The notes under the pieces were generated by a model. That model searched no databases. It saw nothing but the letters and a program-made list of their open reading frames with translations, and was not told the DNA's origin. Below are positions 17,479 to 26,284 of a stretch of 63,647 nucleotides of DNA, in pieces. Made by a program: the position numbers and the translations under genes. The stretch is from a virus (Duplodnaviria; Caudoviricetes), in IMG/VR virus record IMGVR_UViG_3300032080_000005, positions 1 to 63,647 of that record; one strand, written 5' to 3'. The stretch's first letter is position 1. Each line of letters starts with the position of its first letter.

Positions 17479-18150
17479 ATGGCAGAGTTCCAGGCGTGGC
17501 CCAAGATTCCACGGCTCAATCGCAACTGCATCGTCACCGAGAAGATCGACGGCACCAACGCGGCCGTGGTCATCGAGAAAGTCGGTCCTGGCTGGCCGAA
17601 ACATGAGTTCGAGCTGGCCCGCGTGGACCTCGACCTGACGGACGCCAGCGAGCTGGCCGTCTTCGCGCAGTCGCGCAAACGGCTGCTTCAGACCAACGAG
17701 GACGGCGGCAAGGGGAGCGACAACTTCGCCTTCGCGGCGTGGGTGAAAGAGAACGCACTCGAACTGGCGGCCGTGCTTGGCGAGGGACGCCACTTCGGCG
17801 AGTGGTGGGGCGCCGGTATCCAGCGGGCCTACGGCTTGACGGAGCAGGATAAGCGCTTCTCTCTATTCAACGCGGGACGCTGGCACGACCGTGCGGCTAA
17901 CGGCATCGGCAAGGAGGTTTGCCCGGACTGTTGCAGCGTGGTTCCGGTCGTCGCACTCGGCAAGGTGGGCGAAGCTCCTTGGCTGAAAGCGATGAACGAC
18001 CTCGCCGAGAACGGCAGCGCCGCGGTGCCGGGCTTCGACAATCCCGAGGGAATCGTCGTCTACCACACGGCCGCGCGTACGTCGTTCAAGGTCACGTTCG
18101 ACCAGGACGACCTGCCCAAGTCTGTCGCTGAAGCACAGGCGGCTGCATGA
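17479..18150 (+). CDS. Rnl2-like RNA ligase
   Basis: TEKIDGTNA (motif I), FGEWWG.GIQ, PEGIVV, K motif V. Confidence 0.85.
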   Translation: MAEFQAWPKIPRLNRNCIVTEKIDGTNAAVVIEKVGPGWPKHEFELARVDLDLTDASELAVFAQSRKRLLQTNEDGGKGSDNFAFAAWVKENALELAAVLGEGRHFGEWWGAGIQRAYGLTEQDKRFSLFNAGRWHDRAANGIGKEVCPDCCSVVPVVALGKVGEAPWLKAMNDLAENGSAAVPGFDNPEGIVVYHTAARTSFKVTFDQDDLPKSVAEAQAAA

Positions 18151-18368
18151 AGCTCTGGCTGATCCACATCGCGTCCCTGGTGGCGGTGAGCGTTGCGTTC
18201 GTCGCCATCGGGAAGGCTGACTTGGAGAGTGGTCAGCAGCTCGTTGCCACGTTTGCGGCGCTCCTGCTGTTTCAGGCGCTCTACGTCCCACGCTGGCCGC
18301 GGTGGTACGCGCTGAAACGTCTCCTCAAACTGAAGCCTGGACAGAAAGTGACGGTCGAAGGAAAGTGA
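18147..18368 (+). CDS. membrane protein
   Basis: Two TM segments, ATGA overlap. Confidence 0.6.
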   Translation: MKLWLIHIASLVAVSVAFVAIGKADLESGQQLVATFAALLLFQALYVPRWPRWYALKRLLKLKPGQKVTVEGK

Positions 18369-18507
18369 GCCTCCGCACTAGCATCGTCTGTCTTCAGGCG
18401 GCGACGTTCGTGGCCTTGTTCGTCCTCCTGCTGGTGCAGGGGGACGACTGGCGCCTCGCGCTCGCTCAGGGCCTGCTCGCCATCATCACCGTGCTGGTGT
18501 ACGTCTG

Positions 18508-18768
18508 ATGACGGTGCGCGAGTTCATCAGCCAGCTTCAGGAAGCGATGGATCGGGCGGCCGCTCGGGCGCTCCCCAACCGGGAGGTCATCGTGTCCTTC
18601 ATCGCGCCCAGCTCTGGGTTCTGTGGGCCGACCATCCGGCCCAAGTACCTGGGCGAGACGAGTCACCCCGACTACCCTGGGTCGTGGGCGCGCTACGGCC
18701 TCACGCGGATGCAGGTCGAGCGGGTGCTCGAAGCCTTCGACGTGACTCTGCCGCCGGAGCACGCATGA
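18508..18768 (+). CDS. hypothetical protein
   Basis: TGATG coupling. Confidence 0.6.
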   Translation: MTVREFISQLQEAMDRAAARALPNREVIVSFIAPSSGFCGPTIRPKYLGETSHPDYPGSWARYGLTRMQVERVLEAFDVTLPPEHA

Positions 18769-18983
18769 CCGACGACCAGGCTGCCGACACTCCGACCGCG
18801 CGGCGGTGTACCATCTGCGCACTCTCGCTTCCCAGCGACGAGAAGTGGAAGGAGTGCCCGCAGTGTGGGGAGGGCACGAGTATCATCGGGAACGCCGAAC
18901 CGAACATCACTGACGAGGAGGCGACGAAGGTACTCCGCGCTCGGGAATTCGAGGAATACCTTGAGGAGCAGGGGATTAAATGA
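18765..18983 (+). CDS. zinc-ribbon protein
   Basis: CTIC...CPQCG; ATGA overlap. Confidence 0.65.
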   Translation: MTDDQAADTPTARRCTICALSLPSDEKWKECPQCGEGTSIIGNAEPNITDEEATKVLRAREFEEYLEEQGIK

Positions 18984-19747
18984 GTGAATGTTACCCAACG
19001 TGGGATAAGGTACAAGAAGAACTAGAGGAGGAGTTAGAAGGTAGACGCGACCCGTGGATTTGGAGACATGCGTTGACGTATCTCAGAATGGCTGCCGAAG
19101 CGAACTATCGCCCTGCGGCGCCAAGTGATGGTTTGGGTAATATACAATTAGATGATAATACGCTTGCACTTCGGGATCAGCTTGAGCGCGAGGCATTTAT
19201 GTTTGGTATTCGGTGTGTTGCAGAGGAAAAGAAATTAACGGTACATTATGGTTGTGTTGACTGTAGAACTGGAGAAGCGTCCCGGCTTGCAGTTGAGGCC
19301 GCTAAGTGTCTGAACGCCGGAGAAGATATAAACAAGACTGGCGTGTTGCTTCTTCGGATGGCGCTTCGCGCTGCTGAACGTGAAGCAACCAAGCTTGAAG
19401 TAACGCCTGACGAGAGGGAGCGGGCAATCGCGCAGGCACTATATCGTGTCAAAATACACACGTCCCGTCCGCCGAAAGACAAAAAGGATAAGGTGTACTT
19501 CATTTTAGGACATGATTCGTTCAAGATTGGACACGGACTTGATCCGGCTCAGCGGTTACGCGATATGCAAACGGGAAATCCAGACACCTTAGAGCTACTT
19601 GGTTGGATATATAGCGATGTTGCTAGTGAGCCTGCTTGCTGGGCGGCAGCAGAAAAATGTGGGTTCAAGAAAATACGCGGGGAGTGGTTCGATGGCGTTA
19701 TATCAATTGGTGATATGTATCGCGTCGTATATGAGGCTGCGAAGTGA
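18980..19747 (+). CDS. protein with C-terminal T5orf172/GIY-YIG-like domain
   Basis: VYFI...FKIG...PAQRLRDMQTGNP.TL...RGEWF; visibly lower GC than flanks. Confidence 0.8.
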   Translation: MSECYPTWDKVQEELEEELEGRRDPWIWRHALTYLRMAAEANYRPAAPSDGLGNIQLDDNTLALRDQLEREAFMFGIRCVAEEKKLTVHYGCVDCRTGEASRLAVEAAKCLNAGEDINKTGVLLLRMALRAAEREATKLEVTPDERERAIAQALYRVKIHTSRPPKDKKDKVYFILGHDSFKIGHGLDPAQRLRDMQTGNPDTLELLGWIYSDVASEPACWAAAEKCGFKKIRGEWFDGVISIGDMYRVVYEAAK

Positions 19748-20124
19748 AGAACGCTGATTTATATTGGCTCGCTGGGTGGCTGGAGGGTGAGGGCAGCTTC
19801 CGCGCGCAAATTCAACGGCGGCCTACGGGCGAGTATCCACGGTTTCATATCGTGGCGCATTCAGTTGACGAGGACGTGGTTCGGCGGGCAGAGCAAATCG
19901 CTGGATACGTCAGTGGTCCGTATGGACCATACACTGAGAATCGTCAAGCTTTCTGGGTGTGGCAAGAGAAGCAACGCGATAAGGTATTCGAGCTAATTAC
20001 GCTTTTGTACCCGCTAATGGGTGAGAGACGGCAGAAACAAATGGACGCGATGTTGTCAGTTAGCGTGAAGTATCCAGCCCGCTACACCGGGCGTCAAACT
20101 GTAAGGAGGAAACGCGGTGCCTGA
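19744..20124 (+). CDS. LAGLIDADG homing endonuclease (free-standing)
   Basis: WLAGWLEGEGSF and LYPLMGERR; lower GC. Confidence 0.82.
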   Translation: MKNADLYWLAGWLEGEGSFRAQIQRRPTGEYPRFHIVAHSVDEDVVRRAEQIAGYVSGPYGPYTENRQAFWVWQEKQRDKVFELITLLYPLMGERRQKQMDAMLSVSVKYPARYTGRQTVRRKRGA

Positions 20125-22015
20125 GAAACTTAGCGAGCGGCGTGTAGTCGAGTTTGACGTAGAGACTTCAGGTCTACAGTGGTACGCCCACGAACTCTTT
20201 ATGGCTCAGTTCTTCGACCCCACCGACGAGGAGTGCCTAGAGTGGGAGGAGTACGCAGAACCCGGCGACGAGGAAGTTGTCGAACGTACGCCGCAGGCGG
20301 TCATCCTCCGTCACCCCGAGGACAAAGAGGAAATCCAGCGCTGGCTGGACAAGGACGCCTACTTCCGCGCCTGGAACTCCAAGTTCGACCTTCACCACCT
20401 GGAGTCGGCCGGGTATCGCATCCCGCCGCGGGACCGCTGGGAGGACGGGATGCTCGTCGCCCACATCCTGGACGAGCGGCGCAGCGTCGCCCTCCAGGCG
20501 GTCGGCGACAAGATGTTCGGCACGGAGAGTCCGTGGCCGGAGGGCGCGGGCATCGAGTTGGAGAAGGCCGTCAAGGCGTGGATCAGCGCCGAGAACAAGA
20601 AACGTCGGAAACACAGCAAGGACACCGGAGAGAAATTCGTCATCGCGAACTACTCCGACGTGCCCGCCGACATCATGGTCCCCTACGCGGGCCACGACGT
20701 GGAACTCCAGCGCCGCATCTGCGACGCCATCGTCCCGCAGTTGGAGTCGAACCCCGACCTCGTCGGCGTCTACGAGTTGGAGCGCAAAGTGCTGTCGGCA
20801 CTCTTCGACGTGGAGGCGCTGGGGATGGGGATTGACGAGGCGGGCGCGCGCAAGCTGGAGGTCGAACTCGAAAACGAACTGACCAAAATCCGCCTCGACC
20901 TGTTCGAGCTGGCGGGCGACGACGAGTTCAACCCGAACTCCCCGATCCAGCTCGCGGCCGCCTTCGAGCGGCGCGGCGTGGACCTGAGCCACATCGAGAA
21001 GTCGGGCAAAACCGGCCGCCGCTCGATGGCCGCCGACGTGCTGGAAGGCTTGGACGACGACCTCGCGCGGCGCATCGACGACTTCCGCGGCGCCGACAAG
21101 ATGATGTCCACCTACGTCTGGCCGCTGCTGCACGACCAGCCGGACACTGACAAGGGCTACGTCCACGCGAGCCTGCACACGGACGGCCGTCTCCACACGG
21201 ACCTCCGCCAGGTCGGCGCCCGCACCGGGCGTATGTCCTCCAGCCCGAACGTGCAGAACTGGCCGCGCGACGACCTGCGGATGCGCCATCTGGTCGTCGC
21301 CGACGAAGGCAAGAAACTCGTCGCCGTTGACCTCGACAGCATCGAGCTTCTGATCTTCGCCGCCTTCCTGGGGTCGGAATCCATCATCCTTGACATGATG
21401 AAAGACCCCGACGCCGACATGCACACCCACACCGCGAACATGATCGGGCTGAAACCGCGCGACCGTGGTTTGGGTGTGGTGGAATCGCCTCGCCAGCGCG
21501 GCAAGAAGTTCAACTACGAACGCATCTACGGCGGCGGCATCAAAGCCATCAAGAAGTGGCACGGTGTGGATTCGCCCACGGCGCGCAAGTGGCTGAACCG
21601 TTACTACGAGGCGTACCCGGAAGTCGAAGAATTCCAGGACATGATCGAGCTGCGTCTCGAAGAACGTGGGTTCGTCAAGACGCCGTGGGGTCGGCGCCAC
21701 CGCGCGTGGAACCCACAGTTCGCCGACCGCGAGGCGTACAAATTCGTCAACTACCTCGTACAGGGATCGGCGGCCGACTTGTTCAAGGAAGCCGTCGTGC
21801 GGACGCACGAAGCGGGCATCCCGATGATTGCCCTGACGCACGACGAGATTCTGGCTGAAGTGGATGCCGCGGAGGCGGAGGAAGCGAAAGTCATGATCCA
21901 GGGCTTCATGTGTGACTTCCCCAAAATCAACAAACTGATCCAGGTGTCGGCCGAGGGCGATGTCGTGGACCGCTGGTCGCAGGCCAAAGACCCCAAGTTC
22001 GATCCGGGGTGGTAG
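20117..22015 (+). CDS. polA: DNA polymerase family A with 3'-5' exonuclease
   Basis: FDVETSG, WNSKFD, RTGRMSS.PNVQN, DLDSIEL, R..GKKFNY..IYG, NYLVQGSAAD, THDE. Confidence 0.96.
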   Translation: MPEKLSERRVVEFDVETSGLQWYAHELFMAQFFDPTDEECLEWEEYAEPGDEEVVERTPQAVILRHPEDKEEIQRWLDKDAYFRAWNSKFDLHHLESAGYRIPPRDRWEDGMLVAHILDERRSVALQAVGDKMFGTESPWPEGAGIELEKAVKAWISAENKKRRKHSKDTGEKFVIANYSDVPADIMVPYAGHDVELQRRICDAIVPQLESNPDLVGVYELERKVLSALFDVEALGMGIDEAGARKLEVELENELTKIRLDLFELAGDDEFNPNSPIQLAAAFERRGVDLSHIEKSGKTGRRSMAADVLEGLDDDLARRIDDFRGADKMMSTYVWPLLHDQPDTDKGYVHASLHTDGRLHTDLRQVGARTGRMSSSPNVQNWPRDDLRMRHLVVADEGKKLVAVDLDSIELLIFAAFLGSESIILDMMKDPDADMHTHTANMIGLKPRDRGLGVVESPRQRGKKFNYERIYGGGIKAIKKWHGVDSPTARKWLNRYYEAYPEVEEFQDMIELRLEERGFVKTPWGRRHRAWNPQFADREAYKFVNYLVQGSAADLFKEAVVRTHEAGIPMIALTHDEILAEVDAAEAEEAKVMIQGFMCDFPKINKLIQVSAEGDVVDRWSQAKDPKFDPGW

Positions 22016-22152
22016 GGATGATGTGGAGCGAATTGCTTTGTCTGCTGCGCATTGCTCGCTGGGCGTTCCTAGCAGCTTGGGACGCACCCCGCGGGCCGTG
22101 GGTGCCTTGACGTGGACGATACGCTGAATATGCAGACGACGAAAGGAAACTG

Positions 22153-22674
22153 GTGAACCGCTACGACGCACTACAACATGCAGTTCGCGCTCACGGTGGC
22201 GACACCGATTGGGGCGGCCAGCTCTATGTGCTGCACCCGATGGCGGTCGCCGACCGGATCGACGCGAACTGGCAGCCCCTCGCGGAGGAGGCGGCATACT
22301 GGCTGACCTCCGGTGTGGATGTTGAGGATGCCGTCATCGTGACGCTCCTGCACGACGTACTAGAGGACACGGACTACTTCCTCGCGCCGACCGACTTCAC
22401 CAGCGCGCAGTGGGACGCCCTCGACCGCGTCACGCGCTGGCCCGACGAAACCTACCGCGAGTACATCGAGAAGGCCGCGGGTAGCCCACTCTCCATCGTC
22501 GTCAAGCTGGCCGACCTCTCCCACAACATGAGCGACGAGCGCAAGGTGGGGCTGACGGAGAAGCAACTGGAAGCCGCCGCTGGCCTTCAGGAGAAGCGCT
22601 ACGAACCGTCGCGCGACCGCCTTTGGGAAGCACTCGGCCGCGAGTGGTGGCCGACCGAACAGACTGGAGACTGA
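22153..22674 (+). CDS. HD-domain (p)ppGpp hydrolase-like protein (SpoT/Mesh1-type)
   Basis: AH.G......YVLHPMAVA, LLHDVLEDT, VKLADLSHN. Confidence 0.8.
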   Translation: MNRYDALQHAVRAHGGDTDWGGQLYVLHPMAVADRIDANWQPLAEEAAYWLTSGVDVEDAVIVTLLHDVLEDTDYFLAPTDFTSAQWDALDRVTRWPDETYREYIEKAAGSPLSIVVKLADLSHNMSDERKVGLTEKQLEAAAGLQEKRYEPSRDRLWEALGREWWPTEQTGD

Positions 22675-22676
22675 CT

Positions 22677-24008
22677 ATGTACATGATGACCACGCCGTAT
22701 CGAGACTTGACGATCTTTGGAGAGGCCGACGACAACACGGTCGAGCAGATGAACAACTGCCTCGATGTGCAGTCCGGCTCTAAAGGTGTTCTTTGCGCGG
22801 ACAACCATTTGGGCTACGCGCAGCCGGTCGGTGGGGTCGTTGCGTACAGAAACCGCATCAGCGTCAGCGGTGTGGGGTACGACATCGGCTGCGGCAACAA
22901 GGCCGTGAAAACCAACCTGAAGGCGGCCGACGTGGACATCGCCGCCATCATGGACGAGATTGAGCGGCGCATCGCCTTCGGCATCGGGCCGAACCCCGGC
23001 GAGAAGGCGCCCGACCATCCGGTTCTCGACTCCATCCGCGATGCGGACTTCGCACCGCAGCGCGCGCTGCTCGACAAGGCAGCCAACCAGCTCGGAACGG
23101 TCGGCGGCGGGAACCACTACGTGGACCTGTTCGAAGACGAGGATGGCTGGCTTTGGATCGGCGTCCACTTCGGCAGCCGCGGGTTCGGGCACACGACCGC
23201 CAACGGCTTCATGTGGATGTCGCGTGGCAAACCGTTCCAGACGAAGGCAGAGTTCAAGGAGGACTTGATGGCGGACCCCATCACCTTCCGTACGGACTCC
23301 GCCGAGGGCGAAGGCTACATCGCCGCAATGCAGCTCGCGGGAGAATACGCCTACGCTGGCCGCGATGTGGTCGTGGACCGCGTCCTGGAGATTCTGGGCG
23401 CGGAGGCTGTCTGGGGCGTCCACAACCACCACAACTACGCTTGGGCCGAGGAGCACTTCGGCGAGAGCTGGCACGTCGTCCGCAAGGGCGCGACCCCCGC
23501 GTGGCCGGGCCAGTACGGCTTCGTTGGTTCCACGATGGGCGAGAACTCCGTCATCCTGCGCGGCGCGGAGGATCAGGCGGGAAAGACGCTCGCCTACCAG
23601 GAGGCCGCGCTGTACTCGACGGTCCACGGCGCTGGCCGCGCGATGTCGCGTAGCCGGGCGGCCGGGAAGCAGAAGAAGCGCTGGACCTGCAACAACCGTG
23701 ACTGCGACTGGTTCCAGCCGCCGCATACGCACAAGCCGGAAGACGAGAAATGCCCGAAGTGCGGACATCCCAAACTCTCGAAGCAGTGGGTTCAGATGGA
23801 GCAGGGCGAGATTGACTGGACCGTCGAACGCAACTTCGTGCGCAACAACGGCGTGGAGCTACGGGGCGCGGGCGCCGAGGAGGCACCGTTGGCGTACAAG
23901 CGCCTGCCGAAGGTTCTGGAGGCGATGCACGACACCATCGAAGTCGTCCACACGCTGCGCCCGGTCGGCGTGGCGATGGCGCCGAACGGGGTGCCTGCCG
24001 ATGACTGA
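22677..24008 (+). CDS. rtcB: RtcB 3'-phosphate RNA ligase with inserted zinc ribbon
   Basis: ADNHLGY..PVG, GYDIGCG, LGTVGGGNHY, HFGSRG, HNHHN, RKGAT, HGAGR, EEAP.AYK. Confidence 0.95.
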   Translation: MYMMTTPYRDLTIFGEADDNTVEQMNNCLDVQSGSKGVLCADNHLGYAQPVGGVVAYRNRISVSGVGYDIGCGNKAVKTNLKAADVDIAAIMDEIERRIAFGIGPNPGEKAPDHPVLDSIRDADFAPQRALLDKAANQLGTVGGGNHYVDLFEDEDGWLWIGVHFGSRGFGHTTANGFMWMSRGKPFQTKAEFKEDLMADPITFRTDSAEGEGYIAAMQLAGEYAYAGRDVVVDRVLEILGAEAVWGVHNHHNYAWAEEHFGESWHVVRKGATPAWPGQYGFVGSTMGENSVILRGAEDQAGKTLAYQEAALYSTVHGAGRAMSRSRAAGKQKKRWTCNNRDCDWFQPPHTHKPEDEKCPKCGHPKLSKQWVQMEQGEIDWTVERNFVRNNGVELRGAGAEEAPLAYKRLPKVLEAMHDTIEVVHTLRPVGVAMAPNGVPADD

Positions 24009-24885
24009 TTTCAAGCCGATGTTGGCGCACTCAAAGTCGCCCGACCCGGAATCACTTGCCTACCCGGTGCTGGTGCAGCCCAAGCTGGATGGCATCCGGG
24101 CCGTCGTGCGGGGCGGCCGCTTGCTCTCGCGGACCCTGAAGTCAATCCCCAACGCCTCGATCCGCGCGGTGCTGGAGGACGCCGCCTACGAGGGACTGGA
24201 CGGCGAGTTGATTGTCGGCGACCCCACCGCGGACGACTGCTACCGGCGGACTTGCTCGTTCGTGATGGCGGAAGACAAGACTGACGAGCCGTGGACGTTC
24301 TACGTGTTCGACAAGCACAACTCCGCCGCAGCCGTTGAGGACCGCATCGCGTCCCTGGTGGCCTTTGGGCGTGTGGTGCCGGTGACGACCATGTCCGCCG
24401 GAGGCGCCGACGAACTGGCAGAGCTGGAGGCACAGTACCTCGCGGCCGGGTTCGAGGGCGGCATCATTCGCACGCTCGGCAGCGCCTACAAGTTCGGGCG
24501 CTCCGGCAAAAAAGGACCGCTGCTGAAGCTGAAGCGCTACATCGACTACGAGGCCGAGGTCGTGGGGGTTGTCGAGGAGCTGCACAACGGCAACGAGGCG
24601 CGCACGAACGAGCTTGGCCGCACTGAGCGGTCGTCCCACGCCGAGAACAAGACGGGCAAGGGAACGCTGGGCGCGCTGATCGTTCGGGCACTCAACGGCC
24701 CGCACGAGGGCGTTGAGTTCAAAGTCGGGACCGGCTTCACGGCCTCCCAGCGGGAGGAGTTGTGGGACGACCACGCGACCCTCATAGGCTACGTCGTCAA
24801 GATCAAGTCGTTTCCGGTCGGAACGAAAGACCGGCCGCGGCATCCGGTCTGGTTGGGCTGGCGCGACCTGGAGGTAGACGGCTGA
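24001..24885 (+). CDS. ATP-dependent DNA ligase
   Basis: QPKLDGIR, LDGEL, VFD, FEG, LLKLK, OB-fold KVGTGFT, RHPV. Confidence 0.93.
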   Translation: MTDFKPMLAHSKSPDPESLAYPVLVQPKLDGIRAVVRGGRLLSRTLKSIPNASIRAVLEDAAYEGLDGELIVGDPTADDCYRRTCSFVMAEDKTDEPWTFYVFDKHNSAAAVEDRIASLVAFGRVVPVTTMSAGGADELAELEAQYLAAGFEGGIIRTLGSAYKFGRSGKKGPLLKLKRYIDYEAEVVGVVEELHNGNEARTNELGRTERSSHAENKTGKGTLGALIVRALNGPHEGVEFKVGTGFTASQREELWDDHATLIGYVVKIKSFPVGTKDRPRHPVWLGWRDLEVDG

Positions 24886-25076
24886 TGGCCGTCAGCAAGG
24901 CGCACAAGAAACTGATAAAAGACGCGGAAGCCGCTGGCGGCCGCATCGTCAAAAAGTCCAAGGGCATCATGATCCACGGCCCGGAGGGGAGCGCGATGAT
25001 TCATCTTTCGACCTCAGACACCAGGGCACTCGCCAACGCGCGGGCTGACCTTCGCAGGGCGGGGCTGGATATATGA
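24885..25076 (+). CDS. HicA-like small protein
   Basis: KKLIKDAE..G.RIV...SDTRALANARADLRRAG pattern seen in actinophage HicA-like proteins. Confidence 0.6.
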   Translation: MAVSKAHKKLIKDAEAAGGRIVKKSKGIMIHGPEGSAMIHLSTSDTRALANARADLRRAGLDI

Positions 25077-25285
25077 GTCACGCTTCGACGCCGCCGTACA
25101 AGGTGGTCAAAGTCAAGAGCATCGTCAAAGGGCCGTTCTGCTCGCCCTGGCGGCACCCGATCTGGTGGTGGAAGATGCGCCACCTTCGCGCCGACATCAA
25201 GGTGCTCGACAAGATCAACCCGGACCTGTCGTCCAAAATGCGGGAACTCGAAGACGACGCCTTCCTGAACGGGAGCGGCAAATGA
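25073..25285 (+). CDS. hypothetical protein
   Basis: ATGA overlaps on both sides. Confidence 0.6.
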   Translation: MSHASTPPYKVVKVKSIVKGPFCSPWRHPIWWWKMRHLRADIKVLDKINPDLSSKMRELEDDAFLNGSGK

Positions 25286-25758
25286 AGCACTGGCTCTGCG
25301 TTGATCCCGGCGAGACGACCGGCTACTCCATCTGGGACGAGAAAGGGAACTTGGTCTACGCCGACCAGCTCCCGATGTGGAACTTCATCGACCTCGTATA
25401 CGAAACGGCCGCGCGCCAGGATGACGACAACGACTTCCGCAAAGCGGTGACGTGGGGTGACGTGGAGGTCGAGGACTTCGAGGCCGTCATCTGCGAGGAG
25501 TGGCAGCTCTACCCCTGGGAGTTGCAGAACCTGGCCTGGGACAAATGCCGGACGGCTCGCGCCATCGGGGCGCTGACGCTGATCTGCCGCCGGTTCGGAA
25601 TCAAACTGGTCTTCCAGGGCGCCGACATTAAGGAGGCAGCCAAGCAGGCTGGCGCGGAGGCGCTGTACCTGGAGCCGGTCCACGAGAACCGCCACGCCAA
25701 CGACTCCATTCAGCACGGTGTTTTCTACGTCGCAAAGAACGGTGGGGCACCCGTATGA
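25282..25758 (+). CDS. RuvC-like Holliday junction resolvase
   Basis: LCVDPGETTG, ICEE, IGAL, HANDSIQH. Confidence 0.82.
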   Translation: MKHWLCVDPGETTGYSIWDEKGNLVYADQLPMWNFIDLVYETAARQDDDNDFRKAVTWGDVEVEDFEAVICEEWQLYPWELQNLAWDKCRTARAIGALTLICRRFGIKLVFQGADIKEAAKQAGAEALYLEPVHENRHANDSIQHGVFYVAKNGGAPV

Positions 25759-25924
25759 CTTCAGCTTTCGGACAGAAGCGGGAGCCGCTGGCACAGAACC
25801 AGCTCATAAAGAAACTAGAGGCCGAAGGTAAAACTGACACGGATGAATACCGTGAGGTCATCGAGGAACGGCGGGAGTACGAACGCATGGATTATGACCT
25901 TTACCTAGACGCGAAGCTCGGCTG

Positions 25925-26284
25925 ATGGAGGTACAAGCAAACCCGGAGAGTCTGCCGCGTCTGATTGCGATGCTGCTCGGCGGTTCTGCGCCACCGCGGC
26001 CCAAACGCTGGTGGCAATTCTGGCGCCGCCCGCGCCACTACACGCACATCTGGAGGCGCCCACACGACCCGGATGGTGACGGTGAAGGGACGTGGTATCG
26101 GCCCTTCGCTGATTCGAAAGGCTGGTGTTGGCGGCCGCCGGACATCGCTCCCGAGGATCGCTGCACTTCCGAGGAGTGCCTGTTCGGGCGCGAATGGATA
26201 CAGTGCAAGAAGCGGCGCGGGCACAAGGGCTGCCACCGCAACTGTGAAACGTGGGGTTGGGACGAAGGAGACGAGCGGGCATGA
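25925..26284 (+). CDS. hypothetical W/C/H-rich protein
   Basis: TGATG/ATGA coupling; C...GH.G.H motif. Confidence 0.55.
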   Translation: MEVQANPESLPRLIAMLLGGSAPPRPKRWWQFWRRPRHYTHIWRRPHDPDGDGEGTWYRPFADSKGWCWRPPDIAPEDRCTSEECLFGREWIQCKKRRGHKGCHRNCETWGWDEGDERA

